Shown here piece after piece: positions 23,501 to 35,800 of a stretch of DNA of 64,000 nucleotides. The notes beneath the pieces are model-generated. The model did not search any database and had not been told where the DNA came from. It saw nothing but the letters and a program-made list of their open reading frames with translations. The stretch lies in the NCBI RefSeq assembly GCF_964355755.1, contig NC_092678.1, positions 4,852,422 through 4,916,421 of the forward strand, written 5' to 3'. This stretch comes from Antedon mediterranea (taxonomy: Eukaryota > Animalia > Echinodermata). A program made the translations under genes and the position numbers. Numbering within the stretch: the stretch's first letter is position 1; every line of letters begins with the position of its first letter.

Positions 23501-26500
23501 TGTTACAAAATAGCCTCATATTAAAGCGGATAAGTTGATAAAATGTTCAATAGCTAAAACAGATTAATCAAAAATAAATCAATGCGGACGCTCATCAAGC
23601 TACTATGCTTGAAAGCAGATATTAAGTTGCGTTCACAAGGTGATAAATATTACTGTCTGTTTGTAATTTCTTTACTATAAATTCATTTATTTCCAGTTTT
23701 GAATATAATAGCTAGTTAAAATTTGTTTTTTGTAAATTTAAATAAAAGATATTTCAAAGTGTTTACCATTAGATCCAAGTTGCCATGTTATGTTAAACTC
23801 AAACTTGTTTGATTTATCATTTGATCTGTACCGACTGACTTGAAGGTTGACAGGTGTTGGGGGCGGTAGATCTCGACCCGCAGATGGTAACGGTGAACAC
23901 CCTGTAAAAACAATGATCATGATACATCACCATACTTTTGCAGAGATTATCTTTGCGTCAGTTTGGTATATAGTATACTACACATAAATTAATTATTTTA
24001 TCATCTTACAAAATTTTAAAAAGGAACGTCACTTACAGTCTCCTGGGTCACCTAATGTACAGTTAATTTGACCTCTATACTCAGTTGCCTGAAAAATATT
24101 AATTAAAAAATAAGATTATATATTTTCATATAAATCTAATATGAACATACAGTACTGTATTTGAAAAGTTAAGGTAATACAGACGTCACATGTGATACAC
24201 GTGACAGTGTATTACAGAATGTTTTATGATACTAGACATAAAATGCCATATGTTTAATAAATAAAACCATTAATCCCAAGCCAATATAATGTTATTACTT
24301 CATAGAATACCAGTCAACTGAAATTAATATTTAAATAATTTCCTGGTTATGATACAATGTTTAAACCTGTAATAAAAAGACTTTGTTTGAATGAGCCAAA
24401 ACGCCAACAATCATTTTCAATTGTCATACAGTATCAGTGTTCAGTCAACCATTCATTTTGATACAATTATTATGAAAAACCATGGAGTAAAGAATACTCC
24501 ATGGAAAAACAAACTGCATATTTGTTTATTTTGTATAGTGTTACTATAGTATATAAAGTAAAGCACTGTTATCATGCCAACTGTAATTGAATTTGAACTT
24601 GGCAACCAAACTAAAAAATATACGGTACTTTCCCTCACATTTCAATTGTCAATTTCAATTATGAAGTTTCCAGTTAAGCAAGAAGTTCCTTTGCTACCTT
24701 ATAATGCATTTCAACTTATTTCTATGAATCAAATTGTCGTGAGGTGGTTTCCCGAATGATCGTAAAATCAAAACGGTACTGGGTATGACCAACTAGCGTT
24801 ATTGTCACCGGCTAGTCATCCATTCATAGAAGTACTGATGTAGTAGCCTACCTGTACGGTGACCATAGAATGTGACCCGAGGCATGACTAACTACGACTT
24901 TTAGATGATAGAAAGTTGAGAAAAATGTTACGAGTAGTTGTACGACATGAAGATGTTTATGAAATTATGTCAATAATGTTTACACACTAGGCATACAAAT
25001 GTATCCTGTTCAATTGGACAATGTACTTGAGTGATCAACTCCTAAACAAATCTAATTATTGAATTTTAATAAAAACACAAAAAAATGTTCAACAATATAA
25101 TGAACAGCAAGTCAAACACCAAGCTCCTGAGGACGAGCATATTGATCGAAACATTGAGAAACTTAACAGTTCTTTTCAGAACTAATATACGTGGTGTACC
25201 GCAAACTTATATCAAGCCCACATTTAATATGTTTATTCATGTTAATTGATGAGTCATCAAGATAGTTCCTAGAAGATGGCAATCTTATTATGTATAATGT
25301 GTTGTCGTCATAATTCATTCATGTTTAAACCATAAAAAAAAGGAAGTGTAGACAATGACTCTATTTAACAATAATTACCATATTTTTCACGTCTTTGAAT
25401 TGATCAAACTTCTACATCTCTGTACACTATCACAAACATGTGATGTGCCTATATATGGACATGATGTCATATCACTACTATATTTGGGCATATCTTTTGT
25501 AAATTGTATCCTTTTTTATATATAATTATCATTGGTTTTATACTTTTATACAAATTTTAATATTGAGAAAATGTAAATATCTTTGTAATTCAGCTAAGGC
25601 TGCGATGATGATGGTGAAATAAATGAAATGAAAAAAAAAAAAAAATCAAAAAAAAAATCACTACCATATATGGGTACATTTCATTTTTTGTCACATGAAG
25701 TGTGATAGTGTAAACAGAGCTTAAGAAGATGGCAAACTAACAATCCTAGAGCATGAAAGACTTTATAATTCAAACAATTTGATAGGCTATTGAGTTTATG
25801 CTCTGGGTTGTATTAACTATGTTCTTAAGAGAGTTATCATGGACATACTGTATATAGAGGAGAGGAACATAGTACTGTAGAAACAATAGGACTATGAGGG
25901 ATACAAAATTAATGACCGTTTGATTTTCATTATTATAATACATTGTATAGATAGCATTGTAATGTGGTTTTAGTACATGTTGATGCAGAACGCACCTTCA
26001 TATCAAAGTGTGAGACTGTTACAAAAGTGTATATTCAAGTAAATTATTATTATTTACTTAGCCAAAAGGTTGCAGAGTATGTAAACTTTATACTTTTAAA
26101 GTGTTTAGACCCTGGGCCATGACGCAACTAGTTCCTTATTAGATAGCATCAAATTGAAAGCTATTCTATAATCAAATGCAATGAACTGAAACCAAAACTA
26201 GAATGTGTATTGCGAAACCCTTCCTTCCTGTATTTATTATTGGGAGTAACAATAGATATATCAATGATAATATGTCCTTTAGTATTAATATTATAATGCC
26301 TACAAAAAAAACTTATGTTCATATTAAGTCCTATATTTTCCTTTAAAAAAAAAAATTTATAGGTTGAAGATTTTTTGTTGTTATTTAAAATCCAAAGCAT
26401 TGGTAACAATATATAAATTATTCATTTTTTTTTTATTTATAAAAAATATTATAATTTAGAAAATCACAGACAAATCAGTAATTAATATACAGAACTTGGT

Positions 26501-26627
26501 TAAAAAAATAACAAATGGAACATACCGGTAATGTACAATCATTGGTTATGCAAGAAGCGTGAGCAGCTAAGAGGCTAGAAATGCTGGCAAATAAGATGAT
26601 GAGTGGAGAGATGGTACAGCAGCTCAT
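20555..26627 (-). CDS. Type I membrane protein with IL-17-receptor-like FN3/Ig ectodomain, Sushi/CCP domain, TM and short tail (440 aa, 11 coding exons)
   Basis: Phase-compatible GT-AG exons: 26627-26526 (signal peptide MSCCTISPLIILFASISSLLAAHA), 24088-24037, 23901-23767 (PPTPVNLQV..FNITWQ), 23459-23353 (LKGYRIEI..C), 23237-23096 (VTFYYDC..YYLTVTSFP), 22979-22809 (Sushi), 22480-22338, 22040-21993, 21757-21697, 21341-21117 (Thr-rich stalk and TM ILTMTFVGVIGGLCLITLMYLI-RKRR), 20691-20555 (stop). A probable non-coding first exon ends at the donor at 29261. Confidence 0.78.
25124..25210 (+). mobile_element. Penelope-type pLTR fragment with hammerhead-like motif, copy 2
   Basis: Sequence ctc-ctgagga-cga...ttgatc-gaaac-att-gag, followed by the shared tail aaacttaacagttcttttcagaactaatatacgtggtgt. 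Confidence 0.5.
25417..25721. mobile_element. Harbinger-like MITE family A copy with internal insertion
   Basis: Ends are TCTCTGT-ACACTATCA...TGATAGTGTAAACAGAGCT. The core GTGATGTGCC-ATATATGGACATGATG-TCATATCACTAC is interrupted by ~150 bp ending in poly(A). Confidence 0.65.
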
Positions 26628-26712
26628 CTTGGCTTGATTCAGGAAGATAACTGAAAAAAAAAATCACAATTATTAGATTATATAAAGCATCAAAATGATG
26701 GTGTATGCAGTT

Positions 26713-28250
26713 GGGTCATTCTTCAGTAAGTGTCTAATTTCAGGTTTATAAAAAATCGATTTTAAAATTTGCATTTTTTAAATTTTAAAAGTTTATTCAG
26801 ATAAATGAACATGTATTACGTGGCAAGCGTATGTTTGGCGCAATCTTTATTATGTATTTCGTATTTTATTCGTATTTATAAATACATGGTTCTATGTTAC
26901 TGTCATTTCCGTCACATTTATGGAATATAAAAAGATAGAAAAAATAACGGTTTAGGAATTATGAAATTATTTCCATTATTAATTCTTTGATACTATATAT
27001 TATTTTTGTCTCTATTCATCAAAAAATGATTGTTTTAACATTTATTAGTACGATGTTATACGTTCAAAACCATTTATTATTCCAAAAAATAATAATTTTC
27101 AGAAAATAGTATGACTGTCACTGATGTTTTACAAAATTCTGTTGAACTAATATTACTATCCATTGACATAGTAGAAGAATATTGTTTATATTTCAATATA
27201 CCACATAATTGCGTTCATTACTTAAATATTTTAGGATTTAAAAGGATAAAATATCCATGTGATGGAGATGAAACCGTGACGGATATGACGAACTTAAAAA
27301 ATCATGTGACGGAGATGACTGTAAGATATGATTTGATTATGTTTATTGACCACAGTCACATAGATATACAATGTAATAACATAATAAAGATATACAAAAC
27401 AAAATGTACAACAAAAAAAGGCCCTGGCAATAACAAAAAGTCATATCGGTCACTGGCCATCATCTCCGTCACAACGAAACATTGGGAAATGTGACGAAGC
27501 TGACCGTGACGGAGATGATGTATTTAGCATTGGACAGCCTAGGATCACATTGTAGGCATGTCTGACAGCGGAGACGGATTGCATACTTCTAGATACCATG
27601 AATAACTTGTACTTCCAGTTGAAAAAACCAGAAATTATAATTATTTAATGAGTTCTATACCGTTCGGATATGACATTCAATAAAGGTACGCAACTGTAAT
27701 TTTTCTAAAACCTCGTTTTATTAGCTTTTTTTCCTCTTTTTTTTTTCTAGTTTTATTTCAATATCTTCGCATGTTTACAACGCACAGTCAATTTTTTTCC
27801 CCGCCGTTCATTAAACTGTAGACGGCACATTTAAATTATGTGACGGAAATGACACAAAACTGCGGGACAAGCTTTTTCCAAACAAAAACTTTAAAGTTTG
27901 AGATTTAATGTATGTAGAGATGTATTTCGAAGAATATAATCGCATGAAATCATGATTAACTAACTTTTTACAATATTTTCGATAACAAAAGTCCTGTTAT
28001 CAAATATATACGGCGATCATAAAATTGAAGATGTACGATCGGGACATATGATTTTAGGGGGTTGCCTGAAACATTTTTATAAAAATTAACAATATCAATG
28101 TAATTATCTTTGTTTTATGTAATTAATTATATTTACAACAATGTTGATTATGATTTAAGTCAAGAATTTTTATATTTTAATAATGAATTTTCAGTCTCCA
28201 TCCCACCAAAGTATCGGGACACGATTTTAGACACTACTAGAAGAGTAATC
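26713..28250. mobile_element. Probable ~1.5-kb non-autonomous DNA transposon, unclassified
   Basis: Left end GGGTCATTCTTCAGTAAGTGTCTAA versus right end TTAGACACTACTAGAAGAGTAATC (imperfect inverted match). The motif GTGACGGA(G/A/T)ATGAC repeats in both orientations at ~26900, 27276, 27306, 27460, 27506 and 27840. Confidence 0.5.
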
Positions 28251-28266
28251 GGGCAAGCAACTTTTC

Positions 28267-28999
28267 GGCGCTACTGCAGTTTCGCACCACACTGTTATAT
28301 CTTCGATATCTTCGTTTTTTACACTCACAACATAATATTATGTAACATGTTTATACGATTCGACCACTTACTAAGTAATTTTTTTAAAATAACAATACTT
28401 TTCAAAACATTTTAAACAATACTGAACTCGCTGTCAACACACTGCGAAATGTTCGCCATATTTATCACTTAATTGCCAGAATTTATGCTTCATTTTACCC
28501 CAAAAATTGTAGAAACTATAGAGGGCAGTGTTATAAAATCCGATTACACATATAGGCCTATTAGTTTTGAAAAGCAAGAAATGTTTTCAGCTGGCGAAAT
28601 AATAAATGTTAAATTAATATTTCATTATTATTATTAATATTTATATTAATGGTTCCTATCAATGTTTTATGTACGGACTCATATCGTCGCCCTTTTGATA
28701 TGTACAGCTGGTTCTTTATAAAAACCACTCTTTGCAGTTTAAAAATAAAAACAGAAAATAAAACATACATTGATTTCTGGCAATTTTCTGATTCTAAAAT
28801 GGCCACAGTTCGATCGAAGTATTCGCGAAAAAAGGAGCTGTTTTGAAAGGCATTTTTTGTTATGATAAAGGTAATTAACGGTGGCTAAATCATGGGAACA
28901 TGTTACATAATGGCCCAAAATTGTATGGTGTTGGTGTGAGAAAAAAATTAAGCGAGAAATCGAAGATATAACAGTGTGGTGCGAAACTGCAGTAGCGCC
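28267..28999. mobile_element. 733-bp non-autonomous DNA transposon, Merlin-like
   Basis: Perfect ~41-bp TIR GGCGCTACTGCAGTTTCGCACCACACTGTTATATCTTCGAT, an 8-bp TSD AACTTTTC at 28259-28266 and 29000-29007, and GG...CC termini. Confidence 0.85.
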
Positions 29000-29488
29000 A
29001 ACTTTTCCTGGTAATAGAAATAACAAACCAAACCAATTCACTCTATCTAATACCTCCATGGTCTTTCTACTGATCTATATCAGAGTGAGTACAGTACTAA
29101 GTCTTTCTGTCCAACCAATCATAATCATCCATATAGACAGTGTTGGGTACTTAGTTAGTTGGGCCGGCTAGGCTAGGAAAGGAAGGAAATCCGTCCTGCC
29201 ATTCACTCACCAAATCATTACATTTTGAAATTTTATTAGCACTAACATTTTAAATACTTACTGAAGAATCTGCTTCCCTAGTTCAATGTCAATTGCCAAA
29301 CCATTGGTGTAACTTTAAGACAACTTTTTTCTTCTTCCTCAAAAACCTTTCTCTCAGCCTTGTGTTGTTGTTGTGATGTTGAAAAACTATAGAGGGGGTA
29401 GTTGCAAATTTAGTAGTCTCTAGAAGGAGACGTTCTTTGATAGTCAAAGTTAAAAATCAGAAACAACGTCTGGACATATCGACCCTAT

Positions 29489-29547
29489 ATCACCTAGCAA
29501 CAAAAAACACTTGTTGGGGGCTGGCACACGGCCGGTGTTTGTTTACA
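29489..29547. promoter_or_regulatory. X-box (RFX) and forkhead (FOXJ1-type) motifs in the bidirectional promoter of CFAP92 and the IL17R-like gene
   Basis: ATCACCTAGCAAC at 29489-29501 and TGTTTGTTTACA at 29536-29547 lie between divergent first-exon donors (29261 on -, ~29598 on +). Confidence 0.55.
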
Positions 29548-29889
29548 ATTTTACATTAACTTAAAAACACCTAGGGCCTAGTTTAGAATGTCAAATCGTA
29601 AGTTTTTGTAAATTATTTAAACAGTTAAACATAATATAAATGTTACCCTCAAACTACCACGATTAATGGGTTTAATTAGCTAGGCCTAGCTTGGCTGCAC
29701 ATGTAACTCGCAACATGATCCTATCCGATTATCTATTCTAAAGTAGGATAGTACTTATCTACTGTCTTTTTTGTACAGGTTTCTCTGTGTGTGATGCCTA
29801 GGCCACAGTAGTAGTAGGAGGCTAAACTGTAAATGACATTCATATGTAATTCATTTTGTTTATTAGACCGTTTCTAATCATTTACTACT

Positions 29890-32800
29890 ATGTCAGAAGA
29901 AAATGAAAAAACATTACCAACAAGCCCGTTGCTGGAACAAGAAGAAGAAGAACGAAGCAGGGTAGAAGAGACTCATGTGGAACAGAAAGAGGATACAGAA
30001 GAGGAGGAAATTAAAGACAAATTAACTGAAGAAAATAAAGTTGAATCAACCAAGGAAAATAAAGACGAATTAACTGAAGAAAATAATGACTTGGCAAATG
30101 GCACATATGCAAATGTTGATGAACAGAAAGATGTAGATAAAGGACAAAATTTGGAGGTCAACCATAGTGAAGAAAAAGATGTGGAGGTTAACCATCATGA
30201 AGAAGATAAGAAAGATATGGAATGCAACCATGAAGAAAAGGAAAAAGAGGATAAAAATAAATGCCTAGAAAAAAAGAAATGTATAAATGAAGAAACTGGT
30301 GAAGTTAGGCATAGACCCCGAAAGAAGAATAAGAAAGGTGGTCATGGTCATCGAGTGACAATGACAGTGACTATTGCTGCAGCAATTCCCACAAGTAAGA
30401 GAAACCTGTTTGAACAAATGTTATAAAATAAAATCCTGTTCTAAAATATAGATGATTTACTTTACATTGTTCTATATTCAAAAGTTTTCTTTTCAAAATT
30501 GTTTTGATAAAAAATATTTTAAATAATGGTTGAACTTTTCAGATGAAGAAGATGGTCCCAAGTTAGAAGATATGGTACGGAAAAAGAAGCGGTTAATGGA
30601 AGCGCCAAAAGCGCAGAACTATTATCATTGTTCTTATTACTTACTGCCCGATGATACCGAACCCGTCAAAACAGATGTGGTTACTTTTGGAATGGCGGCC
30701 AAGATTTACACGGACCATGATTCAAAGGTGATAAAAACGTGGCAGGAGGGACATCAAACGTGGGTGGCATGGAGTCACAGGTAAGAAAATATTTCCCTCT
30801 ACCTTAAACTTTTTCAAATCCTCAATCACTTCAATTTTCAACTTGAGTTATTGTTTTTATTTTTAGTCAAAAGATAAACGTCACCAAAGACCTCCTTCTG
30901 AAGCTATTTGATCATACGCTTCAACTGCGCATTTGGGAGTCCCGAGAGAAGGTGTCAGCGAGAGCTAGGTTTGACCGGCCTAAAGTCTTCCGTTTACCAC
31001 AAGCAAAACCAGGTGAAGATTTTGAGGATGTTGGAGGTGTACGCTCTTTAGTAATGAAGCAATCACAGAGTTACATTGCATTACAACCGAAGAAGTCGCT
31101 CGTGGACCGACCTCTGCCACAGAGTCTTCCACCAGAACTCAAGGAAATTAAAAACTATAATAGAAAAGGTAATACAACAGGAGACACTTTTTGGGTCCCA
31201 AAGATGTTCCTTTAAATAGGGGTTCTATATTCAAATTGTTTCTACTCTATTACTTTTTTTATTTTATCATTGTTACAATAATTATTTCCAAAAGATATAA
31301 AACAATAATCAACATAATGCAGTATTCACAGTTAGTTTGTTATCCTTGCTTTTTAGATAGTAAAGGTAGACAAATAGTAGAAAAGACGAGTAAAGAATCC
31401 ATGAAAACTAATGAATCAATTAAGTTTGATAAGCGAGCTAGAACTCCTGAAAACAAATCAGTAACTCAAGTACACAAACAGAGGAAGGCAACACCAGAAC
31501 CAGTTACTCAAGTGGCAAAACAGGTCTCACCAGAGTCTATGAAGTAAGTTCCTTTCAATTTGCCTATACAGTACTTAATTTAGTCGTAGATACCTCCTCT
31601 GTAATTTGGCAAACCGAAAGCTCCCTGCTAACTAATTGATTTAGTTTTTCAAATTCCAAAGGTCATATAAGAAATTGGGCCAACTAGCTGGAACAATCCC
31701 ACCAGATGAGCTAAAACAAATTAAAAGAGAATTAAAACAACAAAATGAAGAAGAAGAGAGGAGAAAAGAAGAGGAGAGATTAGGAGATGACAGTGGACGC
31801 TCAACGACAACACCAAGTGGTACGGCTTAATAATTTTAATTTGTTCTTAAGCGAGTTATTATTTGATCAGAGAAAAATAGGGTCATTATCTTACACTTGC
31901 CTCTCTCCACCCAGGTGTATAAAAGGGTAACCGGTTAGAACAAGACAAAACTTTGCGCTGATTAATAGCTGCATTAATATGGGAGTATGTTTTGCGATAT
32001 GCGTTTAATCCAAAAAAATGACCGGGGTAATAATGTGCTACGTAAAGCGCCTTTGAGCATGATTATTCATGAAAAGGGTGCTATAGAAATGTGGTAATTA
32101 TTATTAATGCTATTAAATAAAAATCTAATTTATCACTCACAGGGAGAAGAGGTTTAAAAGATTCTCCGCAGCAACGAGAAGCTAGGCGAAAGTCTCGCAA
32201 GTCTGAGCAAGCCGCAGCGGCGCTGCAAGCATACATCAAGCAACATGGAAACATACGCATCCCGGTCAAGTTAAAACTGTTGTTTCCAGGTAAGTTACTA
32301 TCTCAAAATAACCTGTAGCATAATGTACAGATCCTTCAAATCTATACAACAGATTATGAACTCTCCAACAGTGCCATTGCGATGTAGTTTTGTAAAATAA
32401 GAATGAGATTGTGATACTGCAGTAACTGCAGTAAAATGATTAGCGGTAACAATTTTGACACAGTTTTTTAACAAGTTAACAATAATTTCTATTTCACTGA
32501 GGACAAAATAATAATAATAATATACAATATATACATAATACCACCAAAATTATGGGTGAAAATCAATATAAAATAATAAGGCATTTAATGAAAATTTGGA
32601 CAGTCCTAAAATTATGCGACTATTTCATTCTACTCTAGGCGTTCGTTCAATAACTAACAGACTGGACCGTCCTGTTCATGGTATAGAGGACGTGTTTATT
32701 ACAGTCTCACTTGACGGTCCTTTGATGTCCGAGACCCTACGTAAAGAATTGAACCCACTAGTCATCAAGATAGCGTCGGCAACAAACCTTCCGAGTACTC

Positions 32801-35800
32801 CACTGCCGTATGACCAGCTAGAAGACAAGTGTCTTCCTGTTTTTTGCATGTATAAATTCATGGGAGAGATGCCTCACATTACAAGTGGCAAAGAACACGG
32901 CAAAAGCGCATATTGGGAAGACACTAATGTGGTGTTATTAGGTAATTTGTGTGTTTATTTTGATTTTTTCATTGTATGCATGTTTTGACAAGGTGTTGCT
33001 TAATGTGTAAAGAAATGTATAATATGTGACAAGGTGTTGCTTAAGAATATCTAATGTTTGGCAATGTGTTGCTTAAGCGTGGTTCCACTAGAACGCAATA
33101 CAGCAAACGTATCGACGCAAAGTGCTGTATTACATAATCAAAAGAAGGGAAAAATCGAATCAGTTTGATTTCCGCAACGACGCAAGGCAAAAGAACATTG
33201 AAAAAGATAATATAGCGCACAAGTACGCAGGGTGAACCAGATCAAAGTCTACGGCAACTAACATTGACGCACAACAAGCAGGTTTGATTACACGCAGGCA
33301 GGGCAAACACAATTATTGGAAGGGCATTGTCTTAAGTTGCATTCTAGTTGGAACCACACTAATGGGTAGAGAATGTCCAATGTTTCAGTTTGTTAATAAA
33401 TAGGGAAATGGCTATAAATTTTCAGGTACGATGGAACGTGGAAAACTGCGAGAATATCTCAACGGTCCGCCATTAAAGATTGAAGTTCATGATCGAGACA
33501 GGAAATTCAAAGAAGCTAAGTTGAAACCTACCTTATTTGGCGAAGATATGGAGGACGATAAAATAGGAAATGTTGGCATGGTAACAGGTAAACAATATAC
33601 TCTTGTTTATTCCTACGATAAAGATAACATAAAAATAAATAAAAATTACGGTACTAATACATCATTTCTAAATTCGATCACATTTTGTACAGGGAAGCGC
33701 ACACTCCACAATCCGTTCAAAGAGCGTGGTCGTCCGTGGGATCCATACGGTGTTGCCAAGTTCGACCTTTCTCAGTTATTGCTAGGAGAGAAGACCCTGT
33801 ACATGACCTCACCCATTCATTGCTGTCCTATACCAGACATCATTGGTAGGAATGTGCAGGATAAACTGCTTGGAGTGACAAATGCTGTTGATGGGCCTAG
33901 TAAGTATCAAAACTACTATGTCGTTAACCAAAATGAACTAGAATTTGTCGTACAAAGGGATATTAAAGATGAGAATAGCATATAAGCCGACGCTTCTGAT
34001 TCATATGAATGAATCGCTTTGTATAAAACAGGTTGAATGAATGAATGAATGAATGCCAGTTGATCACACCTAGTACCGCTGTGATCGTACTATTAACCGG
34101 GAAAACACCTCACAAAGTATTTTATCAACTATTAATTGTATTTGTACAGAGGATGAGCCGCTACCTGTTGGACATTACCTGGATGTGAACTCACAACTAA
34201 AGGTTCGGATCGAGATTGCTTATCCACTCACCACGTCACAAGAAGTCAAAGACAAACCAGTACTGCCAACTCCTGAAGAGGTAACAACATAACATCTACT
34301 TTGTCTAATTTGAAAACTCAATAACCAAAATATGAACCTAACATTACATAATGCATTAGGGGTTACCCCGGTGTACTAGTACACCACAGCCGTAGATCAT
34401 AACTGGGCCTTCTGAGAGACCAGTCTTCGACTGAAGAGGTCGCCCAGTATAAATAAAATATTTTAATTCAATGTTACTAAATTCTGTTGGCAATTTAGAC
34501 TATTAAGTGCTTGTCTAGAATGCATTTTGGTCACTTTCTTAAGTAACATGTTTGTTTCATTTTGGTTCCAGTGCCCATTTTCCAGATTGGTTTATGTCTT
34601 TGATTACAAAAACACTTGCTTTCTACATTCACTGGAGAAGTTAATAACTGAAATCAATGCGAGCGCCCTCCGACTAGACGCCATGCCAGAGCACGTCATC
34701 AAAGCTGCCCTCTCTACTTACAAACTATCATAGTTAGTATTCGTTTCATAGTATATATATACAACAGTATTTCGACATGTTTTATTTGAATAACATTTTG
34801 TGGATGCTGTTAATTTCTCAATTATTTAATTTGTTTACAGTGATCAACAGTCAAGTACATCACTTGACATAGTCACAGGATTTCAGATATTAGATGGTGA
34901 ACAACATATATTTATTCTGGAAGGATTACGTGATCATGCTATTAAGAAAATGTGGGAAACTTTACCAAGACAGAAAAACCATGGTAAACAAAACGTTAAA
35001 GCCCCATTCCCTACGTTTTTTAGATCTAATTTAAGATCACAAACTATATTTAATGTAAAAATAATACTATATGGTCCTATTGCTATAACTTTTTTCGTCT
35101 TTAAACGGTTAAAAATGTGAAAAATAAGTCGATTCTAATAATTATAGCGGCCCGCTATAAATCCCAAAATGCATTGCGCGCGGATTGATATTTTTGTTTT
35201 TCACCTGTAATTCGCCCACTTTTCGATCGATCGTGAGGCCAAAACAAATGGAAGACTCCTAACTTTTCAGCGAAAATACCGGGTTTTCCCCAATTTGTAT
35301 CAACGGAGTCTGGCAAAAATAGAAAGACAATTAATGCAGCAACTATACAACGTCAGGCTAGGTATATAGGTAGCGTACGATGTTCGTACGTTACCGATGT
35401 TTACCAGCTAGGCCTACAAAACTAAGCCTAGCTAGGCTAGGCCTAAGACCGTCCACGAGAGGTCGATCGCCGCGAGCTACTTAGGTAGTGCATTGTTTCT
35501 CACTTTTTATCATAATTTACCATAAAACGTACATTTAAGACAAGGAATGACATGGTTTAATGTTTTTAAAGTGATATATATGTATTATTTTCCAAAAAAC
35601 GTCCAAAATTGCAGGGAAGGGGTCTTTAACATTTTATCTGCAAAGTTTAAACAAACATTTAAAAGTGTTAAAACTTTAAAAACTGATAAAATCTATTTTC
35701 ATTACAGAAGATACAATATTTGAAGCCATGTATAACTCTAACCTTATGTTCAGTGAACGGGTGTATGCTGCCCTCGACGTTGACCTATGTCGAATTAGAC

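Noticed and set aside
24852-24950. Alternative first coding exon for the receptor (donor CAG|GTAGG)
   Set aside because: It has an in-frame stop upstream and a poor acceptor. Exon 26627-26526 supplies a proper signal peptide in the right phase.
27111-27494. 127-aa ORF as a transposase remnant
   Set aside because: No recognisable motif, and it lies among the subterminal-type repeats of a non-autonomous element.
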